Assembly (NCBI GenBank): GCA_965657355.1
Contig: CBFHOE010000002.1
Location: 347,856-411,855, forward strand
Direction of reading: 5' to 3'
DNA: 64,000 bases
DNA from: Limisphaerales bacterium
GTDB taxonomy: Bacteria; Verrucomicrobiota; Verrucomicrobiia; Limisphaerales; JAJOIW01
Under the pieces are notes generated by a model. The model did no database searches and was not told where the DNA came from. It saw only the letters and a list, made by a program, of their open reading frames with translations. Position 1 is the stretch's first letter, and each line of letters starts with the position of its first letter. This document shows positions 28,266 through 37,636 of this stretch, piece by piece. Position numbers and translations under genes: made by a program.

Positions 28266-29504
28266 CTAGCTTGTTAATTGTGAATTTCCCTTCGCTCTAT
28301 AAACTAAGACAATAGAAATTATTGCAGCTAAAAGTATGAATCCAGCAAATCCAGGGCGAACAAATATCCATGAGACGCCGATCGTGAATAAAGAAAGGGC
28401 CATTGCGAGAAAAAATGTAACAAAAGCTACAGCTCCCTCTAACATGCGTCCTGCAAATGGAATAAAACTCACTATGGCTCTGAGTGGCTTCAAAATCATG
28501 ACCAAACCAAGCCACATAGCCAAAAAGCCACCACCTCGGAACCCCCATCTTTTAAGAGCTGCCTCGAACCTTTGAGCATCAATCACTTCTTCCTTCGATT
28601 TTTTTCCCATGTAGAGTAACTCCTTGCTAATATTATTTTCCGTTTGATAGGGAAGAAAAGATTGCCCGGATTGTCGGGCCATAATTGTGACCTCTTTTTT
28701 TGGTGGAACGATAAAGACCTTAACTCGCTCGTCTCCAATCTGAGGCGAGGTCGGATTATTTGAGTAAAAGACACCATCACTAACACTTCCCCCGGGATAC
28801 AAATCAGACACTAAGCCTGAATCTATATTGTATTTCTGCTCTCCCTTTATTTTTTTTATCAGGGACGGAGGTAGCTTGAATGCCCCAAACATGACGTTTG
28901 ATGCAAAGATATTACCACCTGAAAACTTCTTATTACTTCCATGGTTGGAGTGGCGTCCCCCTTCTTGACCACCACTGTTAAAACTAGAGGAATCTTGGAC
29001 GCGATCCACCCATTTTTTTGAATAACTATAAACTCTTCTGTCATTTTCAGTTTTAGAGCTTTCAACCCATTGATAAATTTCTGCTTCCCAAAATACCCGA
29101 ATGGCATTCTCTTTTATCCCGAACTCTTTAAATTCAAGAACATCCTGAGAAATGGCTTCGTATGCAGTATGAATTAATTTCCCATCATAATCAGGATTGA
29201 TTGTTTGGGCACTCACATCGGCAATGGCGACATCTTCTAGCTCAGCTATAGCAGCTTTTTGTCTTGTCGCGTCTTTTTCATTCCAACCTAATAAGACAAA
29301 GGATCCGACAAAAAGGCCTATTCCGAATACTGCAGCGGCAAAAGATCCGATAACCCTTCCAAAATAGCTATTTCTTCTTGCACTAGCCATAACTCGTTCA
29401 TTTGAACAAAAAACACTGTTAATATCAACTCTCGTTATTTGCAGTAAAAGTTCTTTGTAAATTCCAGTTTTCATTAAAAACGATAATTCTTGTTCATAAT
29501 GCAT
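28266..29504 (-). CDS. TMEM43/DUF1625-like membrane protein (alternative start at 29390)
   Basis: N-terminal TM (FAAAVFGIGLFVGSFVLLGWNEKD), a soluble middle region and about three C-terminal TM helices. This architecture is typical of the TMEM43 family. The assignment comes from architecture plus the GWNE motif only. Confidence 0.55.
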   Translation of the reverse strand: MHYEQELSFLMKTGIYKELLLQITRVDINSVFCSNERVMASARRNSYFGRVIGSFAAAVFGIGLFVGSFVLLGWNEKDATRQKAAIAELEDVAIADVSAQTINPDYDGKLIHTAYEAISQDVLEFKEFGIKENAIRVFWEAEIYQWVESSKTENDRRVYSYSKKWVDRVQDSSSFNSGGQEGGRHSNHGSNKKFSGGNIFASNVMFGAFKLPPSLIKKIKGEQKYNIDSGLVSDLYPGGSVSDGVFYSNNPTSPQIGDERVKVFIVPPKKEVTIMARQSGQSFLPYQTENNISKELLYMGKKSKEEVIDAQRFEAALKRWGFRGGGFLAMWLGLVMILKPLRAIVSFIPFAGRMLEGAVAFVTFFLAMALSLFTIGVSWIFVRPGFAGFILLAAIISIVLVYRAKGNSQLTS

Positions 29505-29527
29505 GGGAAGCGTTTTAATAAAGAGCT

Positions 29528-30343
29528 ATGAGATTTGGTTTTAGAAATTCACATAAATTTTGTGGATTTACGCTGATTGAACTACTTGTGGTCATTGCTA
29601 TTATTGCCATCCTTGCTTCAATGATCTTACCCGCTCTCGGTCGGGCAAAAGGAAAGGCAAAAGGTTTAAAATGTTTAAACAATGTGAAACAGCTCGGCCT
29701 TTCTTCAGCTATGTATGTCAACGATCACGGAGCGACTCTCCCATACGTTGGTTTCAGGGATCTATGGATGAGGCGTCTATTGGATTATTATGCAGAAGTA
29801 GACAAAATAAGAGTTTGCCCGTCTGCCCCTGAAAAAGAGAATATCAATCAAAGAAGGCACAGTGTTAGCGGTAGTCTAGATGAAACCTGGGGGTGGAATG
29901 GAGAGAACCGAAAACGATACGAGGGAAGTTACGCATTAAACGGATGGATGTATTCAGGAGATTGGCCTGCAGGATGGGGTATCAGAAGCTCATTTGCTTT
30001 TAGAAAAGAAGGCGAAATAAAACGCCCAGCACTAACCCCAACCCTTGCAGACTCCATTTGGGTGGATGCCTGGCCAGATTGGAGAGACAGGCCTGCTAGA
30101 AACCTATACACAGGAGACGATTTTAGCAGCCCTGGAATGGCACGGGTTGCTATCCCTAGACACGGTGGCGTACCTAGAAACCGAAAAGCCCTATCCAACT
30201 GGCCTAGCAAAGAACGGTTACCAGGAGCTGTTAATATTACTTTTGCCGATGCTCACGCAGAATTAATACCTCTAGAAAAACTTTGGAGTCTTCAATGGCA
30301 CAAAGAATTCAGAAGGAGAGCTTCTAGGTTTTTAAGAAATTGA
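29528..30343 (+). CDS. Prepilin-type N-terminal cleavage/methylation domain protein (H-X9-DG-like)
   Basis: [26 protein letters not shown]-terminus and C-terminal FADAHAE...KLWSLQWH. Confidence 0.85.
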   Translation: MRFGFRNSHKFCGFTLIELLVVIAIIAILASMILPALGRAKGKAKGLKCLNNVKQLGLSSAMYVNDHGATLPYVGFRDLWMRRLLDYYAEVDKIRVCPSAPEKENINQRRHSVSGSLDETWGWNGENRKRYEGSYALNGWMYSGDWPAGWGIRSSFAFRKEGEIKRPALTPTLADSIWVDAWPDWRDRPARNLYTGDDFSSPGMARVAIPRHGGVPRNRKALSNWPSKERLPGAVNITFADAHAELIPLEKLWSLQWHKEFRRRASRFLRN

Positions 30344-30350
30344 TAAAACA

Positions 30351-30390
30351 AAAACCCATTGAAGATTTTCTAATCACCAACGGGTTTTTT
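30351..30390 (+). terminator. Possible weak terminator between convergent pilin-like genes
   Basis: AAAACCCATTG...CAACGGGTTTTTT, an 8-bp stem with one mismatch and a 16-nt loop, followed by a T-run. Confidence 0.3.
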
Positions 30391-30515
30391 GTCCTAAACA
30401 ATTGCTGAACCATTTACAAAAGGAGCGTTAATGGTATCCAGCGACGTTACAATCCATCAGCATATAAATGAAGATTGCGTTAATTTTTGTGACCTATTTA
30501 AAAATGTTTAAATAT

Positions 30516-31340
30516 TTATTCAATTCTTGAAGGTCTACTAGGACGATACCCTTTATGCCACCGCAGAGCCCAAAGTTTTCGGAGCCTGGACGAATCTGTA
30601 TGCCCGTCTATAAACCCAACGTTTGATTTTCCTAAATGTCTATCGACAACAAATCTGCCCATAAAATACCCCCTACGGTGTGGGTATCCTCCATTCCCGT
30701 ATCCTATACCAGTTTGATCTTTTGGCATACGGTCTCGGCTTTCTGGCCAAGAACCAACCCAAATGGAATCAGCAAAAACCGGGGAATCGGGGGAAGCCTC
30801 ATGAACCTTTGAAAAGTAATATTTACTTGGAAAATCGTCCTTGTATCGTCCTTCATCATCAAACCAAAGATTCATACCAAAACTCCCCTCACCCTCAAAG
30901 CTTCTCCATGAATTTTTGTCTGTCCCCCACCAGCGATCAGATTTTAAAGGTCTTGTTTTGGGTCGCCTTGTCTCAGGGCAAAATGAAATTTTCATAACAC
31001 CGGAAATATGGTCGGTTGGATCAAACTTATATTTTCTGTCTCCAATATATGGAGCTATTTGATGAAACCAATAATATCCAACCTTATGAACAACTGGCGG
31101 CCCCTTTTCTTTATTGTCATCCGCGTATAGTTGAAAACCCAAAGTCATTTGCTTTAAGTTGTTACGGCATAATATTGATTTAGCGGTTCTTTTTGCTCTT
31201 GCCAAAGCAGGCAACAGCATACTTGAGATGATCGCAATTATGGCAATCACAACCAATAATTCAATTAAGGAGAAACCTTTGTGAGTTCTCTTGAAATCCA
31301 TGCGAATAGTCCGTGTTACAGTGGATGCAAACCCATACAA
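30516..31340 (-). CDS. Prepilin-type N-terminal cleavage/methylation domain protein (H-X9-DG-like), paralogue of 29528-30343
   Basis: [26 protein letters not shown]-terminus and C-terminal FIDGHTD...KLWALRWH. Confidence 0.85.
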   Translation of the reverse strand: MYGFASTVTRTIRMDFKRTHKGFSLIELLVVIAIIAIISSMLLPALARAKRTAKSILCRNNLKQMTLGFQLYADDNKEKGPPVVHKVGYYWFHQIAPYIGDRKYKFDPTDHISGVMKISFCPETRRPKTRPLKSDRWWGTDKNSWRSFEGEGSFGMNLWFDDEGRYKDDFPSKYYFSKVHEASPDSPVFADSIWVGSWPESRDRMPKDQTGIGYGNGGYPHRRGYFMGRFVVDRHLGKSNVGFIDGHTDSSRLRKLWALRWHKGYRPSRPSRIE

Positions 31341-31379
31341 TTCGTCAAAATAGCCCCAAATTAACCAACAAAAATGACA

Positions 31380-32339
31380 TTAATTTTTTTCGAAATCGGT
31401 AATCACAATAGCGTGATCAGAGGGAAAGAAAGGTAAATTTTTATCGATCACATTGGAATAAATGGGTTTAAGGATTTCACCACGAGAGTATATAAAATCA
31501 ATACGATCCGCTTCTTGTGTCGTAAACTCAGGTGACCAGGTGCGATCTATTTGCCGATTAATTTTAGGGTGAAGTGCCCGGTATGTATCAGTGAAACCAG
31601 CATCAATCATAAGTTTTGATGTTGGCCATTCTATTTCCCAACCTCCGTATTGGTCACCAGCTTTTTTAACATAGTCAAAATGAGACATGGAGTTGAAATC
31701 TCCAGCAAAAATAATTGGCACTTTACTTAATCCTTCATTTTTTAATTTATTTTCTATCTCGGGGAGCATCTTGGATAAGACATTGTAGGAAGGCTCACAA
31801 ACAGCTAACATCTTTTCCTTGGTCACTTCTTTTCTACTGCCCTTAATCCAAATATCTCCATTGAATGGAAGCCAGATCGAAAAAAAAGCTATTTTCCCAA
31901 AATCAGGAACGTCAATTAAAGCACCTATACAATTCCATTCACCACCAACAGAGAGGTCTTTTAAAATTGGGTGTTTGGAAAATAGGGACAAATGAGGCCC
32001 GCGAAGTTTTAGCTCATAGCCAAGTTGCTTTTTAAGCCATGGCCCCGAGCCATATGTCTCTTGCATTGCAACAAGATCTGGATTTTGGCTTTTTATTATT
32101 TTGGCGACTTGATGGGGTTTTCCTGTTTCCTCTTTTTGGACTCCAGCTCGCCATATATTCCAACAAAGAACTTTCAAGGTAGGCCTATTTTCTTCAGCAC
32201 TAATGCTAAGAGTAAAACCAACCAACATGATAAAAGGTAACAGCCGCAACATACTTAAAATAATTAAAGGGGATTTAAGATTTCGATCAGTATCAAAATC
32301 TACTAATTTTTTATTTTTGTGAAGATTTTTATGTATCAT
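31380..32339 (-). CDS. Endonuclease/exonuclease/phosphatase (EEP) family protein, secreted
   Basis: N-terminal TM/signal segment, then LKVLCWNIW, PDLVAMQE, GDFNS and SDHAIV motifs. Confidence 0.8.
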   Translation of the reverse strand: MIHKNLHKNKKLVDFDTDRNLKSPLIILSMLRLLPFIMLVGFTLSISAEENRPTLKVLCWNIWRAGVQKEETGKPHQVAKIIKSQNPDLVAMQETYGSGPWLKKQLGYELKLRGPHLSLFSKHPILKDLSVGGEWNCIGALIDVPDFGKIAFFSIWLPFNGDIWIKGSRKEVTKEKMLAVCEPSYNVLSKMLPEIENKLKNEGLSKVPIIFAGDFNSMSHFDYVKKAGDQYGGWEIEWPTSKLMIDAGFTDTYRALHPKINRQIDRTWSPEFTTQEADRIDFIYSRGEILKPIYSNVIDKNLPFFPSDHAIVITDFEKN

Positions 32340-32785
32340 TTTTCAGGAAAACCTTTACTACCAAATGCATTAGTAAAGAATATTTTCCTACTCAATAATG
32401 GAAGACAAATAGAAAAAAATATATATTTAAATGACCAACAAGATGCAAGTGCCAATATTTTGTGAATACCGGTTTCCGCTCTGGAATTTTGAATAAAATT
32501 TTAATAATTTCCGAATATACAGTTAAAACCCAGTGTATTAGTGAATGATATCACTTATATTCCACAGACATGAATTCCAAAAAGATACCGAAAATAAGAG
32601 GGTCTTGGTAATCGCCAGGCCACACTCATTTTGCAAAGTTCATTTAACTTATGTTCGACCATCTCAGGTGTCAAAATGGATCTGGTTTTTAGTTCACTGA
32701 GCAACGGCCTCAGAAGATATGAGAAACACCTGATTAATGTTTTGGTAAAGAAATAAAAGAGATTATTAGAAAAAATAAATAAAGC

Positions 32786-34186
32786 TCAACTAAGAAAGTG
32801 CTTTATAGGCCCGGTTTGATCAATACCAAATTTCCCAAGACCAGTATCTAGGGCACCATAGTGCTCGATTGGATTTCCATAGGCATTGAGTATAGTTGTA
32901 TACCAGTTACCCAATGTTTTATGTCCCTTTTCACCATAGCTTGGAAGGCGAATATATTTACCCGATATATCAAGCTTACAATTTCTCCCTGCCAATACAA
33001 TAAATGGCCATTCTGTGCCGTGGCTATGATGAGTTTCACCGTTATCAGGAAAATACAGAAGCATAGTATTATCGAACATGGAGCCACTGTCTTCAGGAAC
33101 ATTCTTAAGTCGTTTCACAATTGTATTCACAACATCCATGTGATGAAGTCGAACTTTCTCTCTTACTTCCTCTGCAGCAAATCGCCCTACTCCCTTATTG
33201 TGTCCCACATCATGTAGATTCACATTCTCTCTCTCGATGTCTTTAATTCCAGTGTAGCGTGTACCCAGCTCGTCAGCAGTCAATGTGACAACATTTGTCA
33301 TACCAGAAATCAGAGTGGATAGAAGAATTTCTGCGAATCCCCTCTGCCTGTCTATGGTTGTTAAACTCCCTGAAAAATACTTTGGATCCAGTTGCGGAAG
33401 ATGTTTTCTGATAACATCTCCCATAGCTTCAACTTTGCGATTCCTATCAAGAATGGCTTCTATAGATTCAGAGTAATTTAAAATCTTAGATCTTTCTATT
33501 CCGCTCAATGGTTTTCCGATTCCAGCCTGGTTCTTGGCTGCAAATTCTAGAATCTTTCTTTCGAGCGCATACCTTACTTGAGCATCGCGCTCACCTGCGA
33601 CAGACTTGAAAAGCTCTTGCATTGCAACTTTTGGAGAGCCAAATGCATAATTTGGCTGCTGCGGTCCACGCGCAGAAAATCCTTTTTCAATGCCATTGAT
33701 ATTTCCTCGAGAGTTACCACCACCACTCGGGAAGCAGGCCAATTCAATGTGCTGCAATGGTGACGGGAAAAGTCGTGCCAACTCAAAATCTACAGTCGCC
33801 CATTTGATGGAGCTTAAACGTTCATTTGCTTTATAGACCCCCAAAGACGATTGCCAAGTATGGTGTCCAGTTGTGCACATCTTACCCGATAATCCCTGAA
33901 GAATTGTCATACTCTCTTTATGCTCACTTAGGACTTTCATCCAATAAGGGAGTTCGTGATCACTTAGAGAGACTTGAAAAGCTTCTTTACGTTTTTCTTT
34001 TAAAGCATCCTGACCGCTCAGTGTCGGAGGAACCATGACTTTTGGAAAAAGCCCGTTACCTTTATGCACAAAGATAAATCGCTTTGGGCCAACGCCTGTG
34101 TTGCCATTGGCAAACAGGTTTGGAATAAAGCCCATGGCGCTGACGCCAAGGATAGATTGTTTCAAAAAGTCTCTGCGATTGTTCAT
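32786..34186 (-). CDS. DUF1552 domain protein (Tat-type signal)
   Basis: MNNRRDFLK N-terminus, FIFVHKGNG and LQGLSGK...GHH blocks. It pairs with, and overlaps by 4 nt, the upstream DUF1592-type gene. Confidence 0.7.
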   Translation of the reverse strand: MNNRRDFLKQSILGVSAMGFIPNLFANGNTGVGPKRFIFVHKGNGLFPKVMVPPTLSGQDALKEKRKEAFQVSLSDHELPYWMKVLSEHKESMTILQGLSGKMCTTGHHTWQSSLGVYKANERLSSIKWATVDFELARLFPSPLQHIELACFPSGGGNSRGNINGIEKGFSARGPQQPNYAFGSPKVAMQELFKSVAGERDAQVRYALERKILEFAAKNQAGIGKPLSGIERSKILNYSESIEAILDRNRKVEAMGDVIRKHLPQLDPKYFSGSLTTIDRQRGFAEILLSTLISGMTNVVTLTADELGTRYTGIKDIERENVNLHDVGHNKGVGRFAAEEVREKVRLHHMDVVNTIVKRLKNVPEDSGSMFDNTMLLYFPDNGETHHSHGTEWPFIVLAGRNCKLDISGKYIRLPSYGEKGHKTLGNWYTTILNAYGNPIEHYGALDTGLGKFGIDQTGPIKHFLS

Positions 34187-36801
34187 TTGAATGGTGTGTC
34201 AGTAGGTTTACGATAAAGGAAAGAGTCAGAAGATAAAAGAGAAACAACGACAGCTTTGAAGCTGCCGCCACTGTCGAGGTAAGCCCTGTCAGCGTCGATC
34301 AATGTTTGCGAATCAGATAGCATTTCATTTCTTCCCATGAAAAATCTAAAAGCATGGCGAATAATTGATTGCCGGACACGATCGGATTTTGCCAATCGGT
34401 CAATTAGGTCGAGTGCGTCTCGGACATCGCCATCGAGGTTTGAGTCTCCCGTGCTATCCAGTCGGCCTTTTGGGTTAATAGGTTTTGTCTTGTAGGTATT
34501 TGCTCCATTTTTCTTCGTGGGTTTGGCGATAATGTTTTCCTGATGTTCGAGCGGCTCATTACGAGTATACCGACCGAAATCGTCATAAATTTCAAAAGGA
34601 TATCCAAGTGGATTCATTTTCTTATGGCATTTCCAACACTCGCCTTTTTCGGTGGCTCCTTCAATTCGCTCCCTCAAAGTTTTGTGGTGATCCTCAGGAA
34701 TTTGGGCATCAACTGTGATAGGTATGTCTGGCACTCTGCCTGCCAATAACTTCTCACGAATCCACCGGCCACGCTTAATCGGGTCGGTATGAAAATTAGA
34801 TGAGTGGGCCACTAACCAGGCAGGGTGTGTGAGAAGTCCTTTTCTATTTGGAATTTTAAATGGCTGTTCAACCGGGTAATCCCAGAATTCTTTATCATCC
34901 AGGCCCTTGAAATTCTTATTCTCAACACCACCGTATCTAAAAATACCGGGAGTTGGGGGCAAGTTATAAAAGGGTGAATGATTATATGTGTAACCGTGTG
35001 CAAACGAGACGGTAGTAAATGGAGTCCTCCCCTTGCCTATAGTCTCACCCCAAAAATACATGTGCCTAAGAAATTCTCTTCGCTGTTTATGGTGCCGCAT
35101 GAAAGCCAGAGATTTTTTAGTTTTAAGAAAATCTTGGTGCTCTTGCATAACACCTTCAGGATCTTCTTTCCAATTTGTATCCTTCAAGATTTTGTAGGCT
35201 TCAGTCCATTCTTCTATAATCCTACGTCCAGTCTCATTATCTTTGTCGTGGTATACAAAAAAGTTTTCAGTGGTCAAAAGATTTTTGAAAACGTCAACAT
35301 CCAGTTTGAGATACCAATCGACAACTCGGTCTGCTTCTTTAATCAGGAACCCGGGGGTTCCCAATGTTCCACGCGAAGGATTTTGGTAATAACCATCACT
35401 TCTTTCAATATCCTTGAAAACTTTCGATGCCATCGAATAACCAAAAAACTCACGGAAGAACCTTATGAGCTTAGGATGAGTTGTTTCGTGAGACCTCATA
35501 TTTTTCCCGCTAATACCAGGATCGACAGGGCCCGCGTAGTATTCGTTGTCTGCAAGAAGTCTTTTGACCTCTCGAGTAAAATCTTCTTTTGTCGACAAAC
35601 GCCCTTCTTTAGCTGCTTTCTCCAAAGCAGGGTCTGGGCCGCGATCTCCGAGAGCGTATGAAATGGCCTGGGCTGCTTCATTTGATGAGAGTTTTTTTCT
35701 GCCATACTCATCGGTTTCTCCGGCACCAAATTCAAGTCTGTATAGAAATTCTGACTCAAGTAAAACAGAGACAAGCATCTGCCTTAAACCCTCTGAATGA
35801 CCAGCTAAGTCAATTGAAAAACGAGTCAGTTTTAAATACTTCTTTAATTCTTCTTTCTGAGCTGGCCTTCCGAGCACGAGTTCAAATTGGGCGTGTATTG
35901 CTGATATAATCTCATCATCGCTTGGGGCTGAATCTTTGAGAATTATGGTTTCAAATGAAGAGTGGGTTTGTTTGGGCGCCCAACGATCTTTCGGATTTGG
36001 AAATTCATTTGCTTTCAACTCACCTTTCTTTACTTGAGCTGCCCTGATTTGTTTTTTAGAAATCCATTCTGCATTTGTCAACATGACAAGTAAGTGACCG
36101 CCATTAAGTGTATTGATATCGTAATCTCTGACACCAGAGCGGTCGGGTAAGATGAAGGGATTCGTTATACCATATAGAGATCTTTGCCTATCTCTTCCTT
36201 CTAACTGAAGAACATCTTTAACCCTCTCATTAAAAATTTGAGGACTAACCAACCATCGACGTGCAGGCGAAAAGGGGACATCTTCGATCTCGCCACTAAA
36301 TAATTGGTTATGATCCACATAATTACCAAAATCAGGATACCGCAATTTATCTTCTAGCTTAGGGGTTCCATGTTTACTTAATTCGTTAGACAGCCAATCA
36401 ATTATTAGTTGTCTTTCCAGTTGAGTGGGCTGCGATCTCTTTTTGGCCGGAGGCATCTCTTTGATATAGAGTTCCTCGTGCATTTTGTTAAATACTTCAA
36501 GCCGGTCGGCCAGAGGTAGAGAAGACAAGTTATCCAGCCGAATACCTCCTTTCGAGGTTTCCTCGTCGTGACAAGATAAGCAATAACTGTCCAGAGCAGT
36601 GCTGATTTTTTTGGGCAAAACTAGAACCTCGGCGACTTCATAGGCACCTGAAACAAGTTGCGATAATTTCAGCAAAAGAAAAAATATAGCGATTTTTGAT
36701 ATAAAGAATTTCAGCAGTGATTCCATGGGTGAGGAATTGTTCCAAGAAATCAGAACAAGGTTTGAGCTCGTGGAGGGCATTGAAAACCGGAATCCAAACA
36801 T
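34183..36801 (-). CDS. DUF1587/DUF1592/DUF1595/DUF1588/DUF1585-type protein (PVC cytochrome-like)
   Basis: N-terminal CLSCHDEETSKGGIRLD haem-like motif and C-terminal CWKCHKKMNPLGYPFEIYDDFGRY block. Size and partner gene are typical of the family. Confidence 0.75.
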   Translation of the reverse strand: MFGFRFSMPSTSSNLVLISWNNSSPMESLLKFFISKIAIFFLLLKLSQLVSGAYEVAEVLVLPKKISTALDSYCLSCHDEETSKGGIRLDNLSSLPLADRLEVFNKMHEELYIKEMPPAKKRSQPTQLERQLIIDWLSNELSKHGTPKLEDKLRYPDFGNYVDHNQLFSGEIEDVPFSPARRWLVSPQIFNERVKDVLQLEGRDRQRSLYGITNPFILPDRSGVRDYDINTLNGGHLLVMLTNAEWISKKQIRAAQVKKGELKANEFPNPKDRWAPKQTHSSFETIILKDSAPSDDEIISAIHAQFELVLGRPAQKEELKKYLKLTRFSIDLAGHSEGLRQMLVSVLLESEFLYRLEFGAGETDEYGRKKLSSNEAAQAISYALGDRGPDPALEKAAKEGRLSTKEDFTREVKRLLADNEYYAGPVDPGISGKNMRSHETTHPKLIRFFREFFGYSMASKVFKDIERSDGYYQNPSRGTLGTPGFLIKEADRVVDWYLKLDVDVFKNLLTTENFFVYHDKDNETGRRIIEEWTEAYKILKDTNWKEDPEGVMQEHQDFLKTKKSLAFMRHHKQRREFLRHMYFWGETIGKGRTPFTTVSFAHGYTYNHSPFYNLPPTPGIFRYGGVENKNFKGLDDKEFWDYPVEQPFKIPNRKGLLTHPAWLVAHSSNFHTDPIKRGRWIREKLLAGRVPDIPITVDAQIPEDHHKTLRERIEGATEKGECWKCHKKMNPLGYPFEIYDDFGRYTRNEPLEHQENIIAKPTKKNGANTYKTKPINPKGRLDSTGDSNLDGDVRDALDLIDRLAKSDRVRQSIIRHAFRFFMGRNEMLSDSQTLIDADRAYLDSGGSFKAVVVSLLSSDSFLYRKPTDTPFK

Positions 36802-36910
36802 GGGCTAGATTTTCGACTATGTGGAATACGAAAGTCAAGGCCACACCAGGCATTCTTTGATCAAATTCTGAGGATTAATGAATGCTACTATTTTACTGAA
36901 CAATAAAACC

Positions 36911-37609
36911 TTATTTCTTACTATCGAGTGTGGCAGCATCGACGATGGATCCATCGAAGAGATAGATTTGTCTTTCAGCCTGTTTGGCAAAACTCGGGTC
37001 ATGGGTTACCATGCAAATCGTGGATCCTTCTTTGTGAAGTTCTGATAACAAATCCATTACTGCAACACCATTTTTAGAATCCAAATTTCCCGTTGGCTCA
37101 TCAGCTAAAAGGATACTTGGATTTCCTACTAAAGCTCGAGCAACGGCGACCCTTTGTTGCTGTCCACCCGATAATTGGGATGGATAATGACCTGAGCGAT
37201 GGGTCATCCCAACCTTATCTAATGCTTCTCCCACAGCCTGAACCCGATCAGCAGAGGGCATCCCTCGATAGGTCAAAGGCAATTCGACATTTTCTGACAC
37301 AGTAAGATCGCCTATTAAATTAAAGCTCTGAAATATGAAACCAATTTCTCGATTTCGAATTCTGGCTCGAGTTCCAAAATCAAGATTGGAAACATCCATA
37401 CCATTGAGAAAATATTGTCCTGCGGATGGTGTGTCGAGCAGTCCGAGAATGGATAAGAGAGTGGATTTACCGCATCCTGACGGTCCCCCTATGGCGAGGT
37501 ATTCCCCTTGCTTAACTTCAAAATCAATCTCCGATAGAGCGTGTGTTTCAACTTCATCAGTCAAAAAAACTTTCTGAATTTGAGACATCTGTATTATCGA
37601 TTTTTGCAT
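36911..37609 (-). CDS. ABC transporter ATP-binding protein (MacB/LolD-type NBD)
   Basis: GPSGCGKST, LSGGQQQRVAVARAL and LLADEPTGNLD. Confidence 0.9.
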   Translation of the reverse strand: MQKSIIQMSQIQKVFLTDEVETHALSEIDFEVKQGEYLAIGGPSGCGKSTLLSILGLLDTPSAGQYFLNGMDVSNLDFGTRARIRNREIGFIFQSFNLIGDLTVSENVELPLTYRGMPSADRVQAVGEALDKVGMTHRSGHYPSQLSGGQQQRVAVARALVGNPSILLADEPTGNLDSKNGVAVMDLLSELHKEGSTICMVTHDPSFAKQAERQIYLFDGSIVDAATLDSKK

Positions 37610-37636
37610 CGGGTTAATAAGATTTATCGGGATTGA

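Noticed and set aside
34978-35661. Listed 227-aa plus-strand ORF.
   Set aside because: It is fully antisense to the 872-aa DUF1592-type gene, which has family motifs. Its composition is low-complexity and hydrophobic, as is typical of antisense frames.
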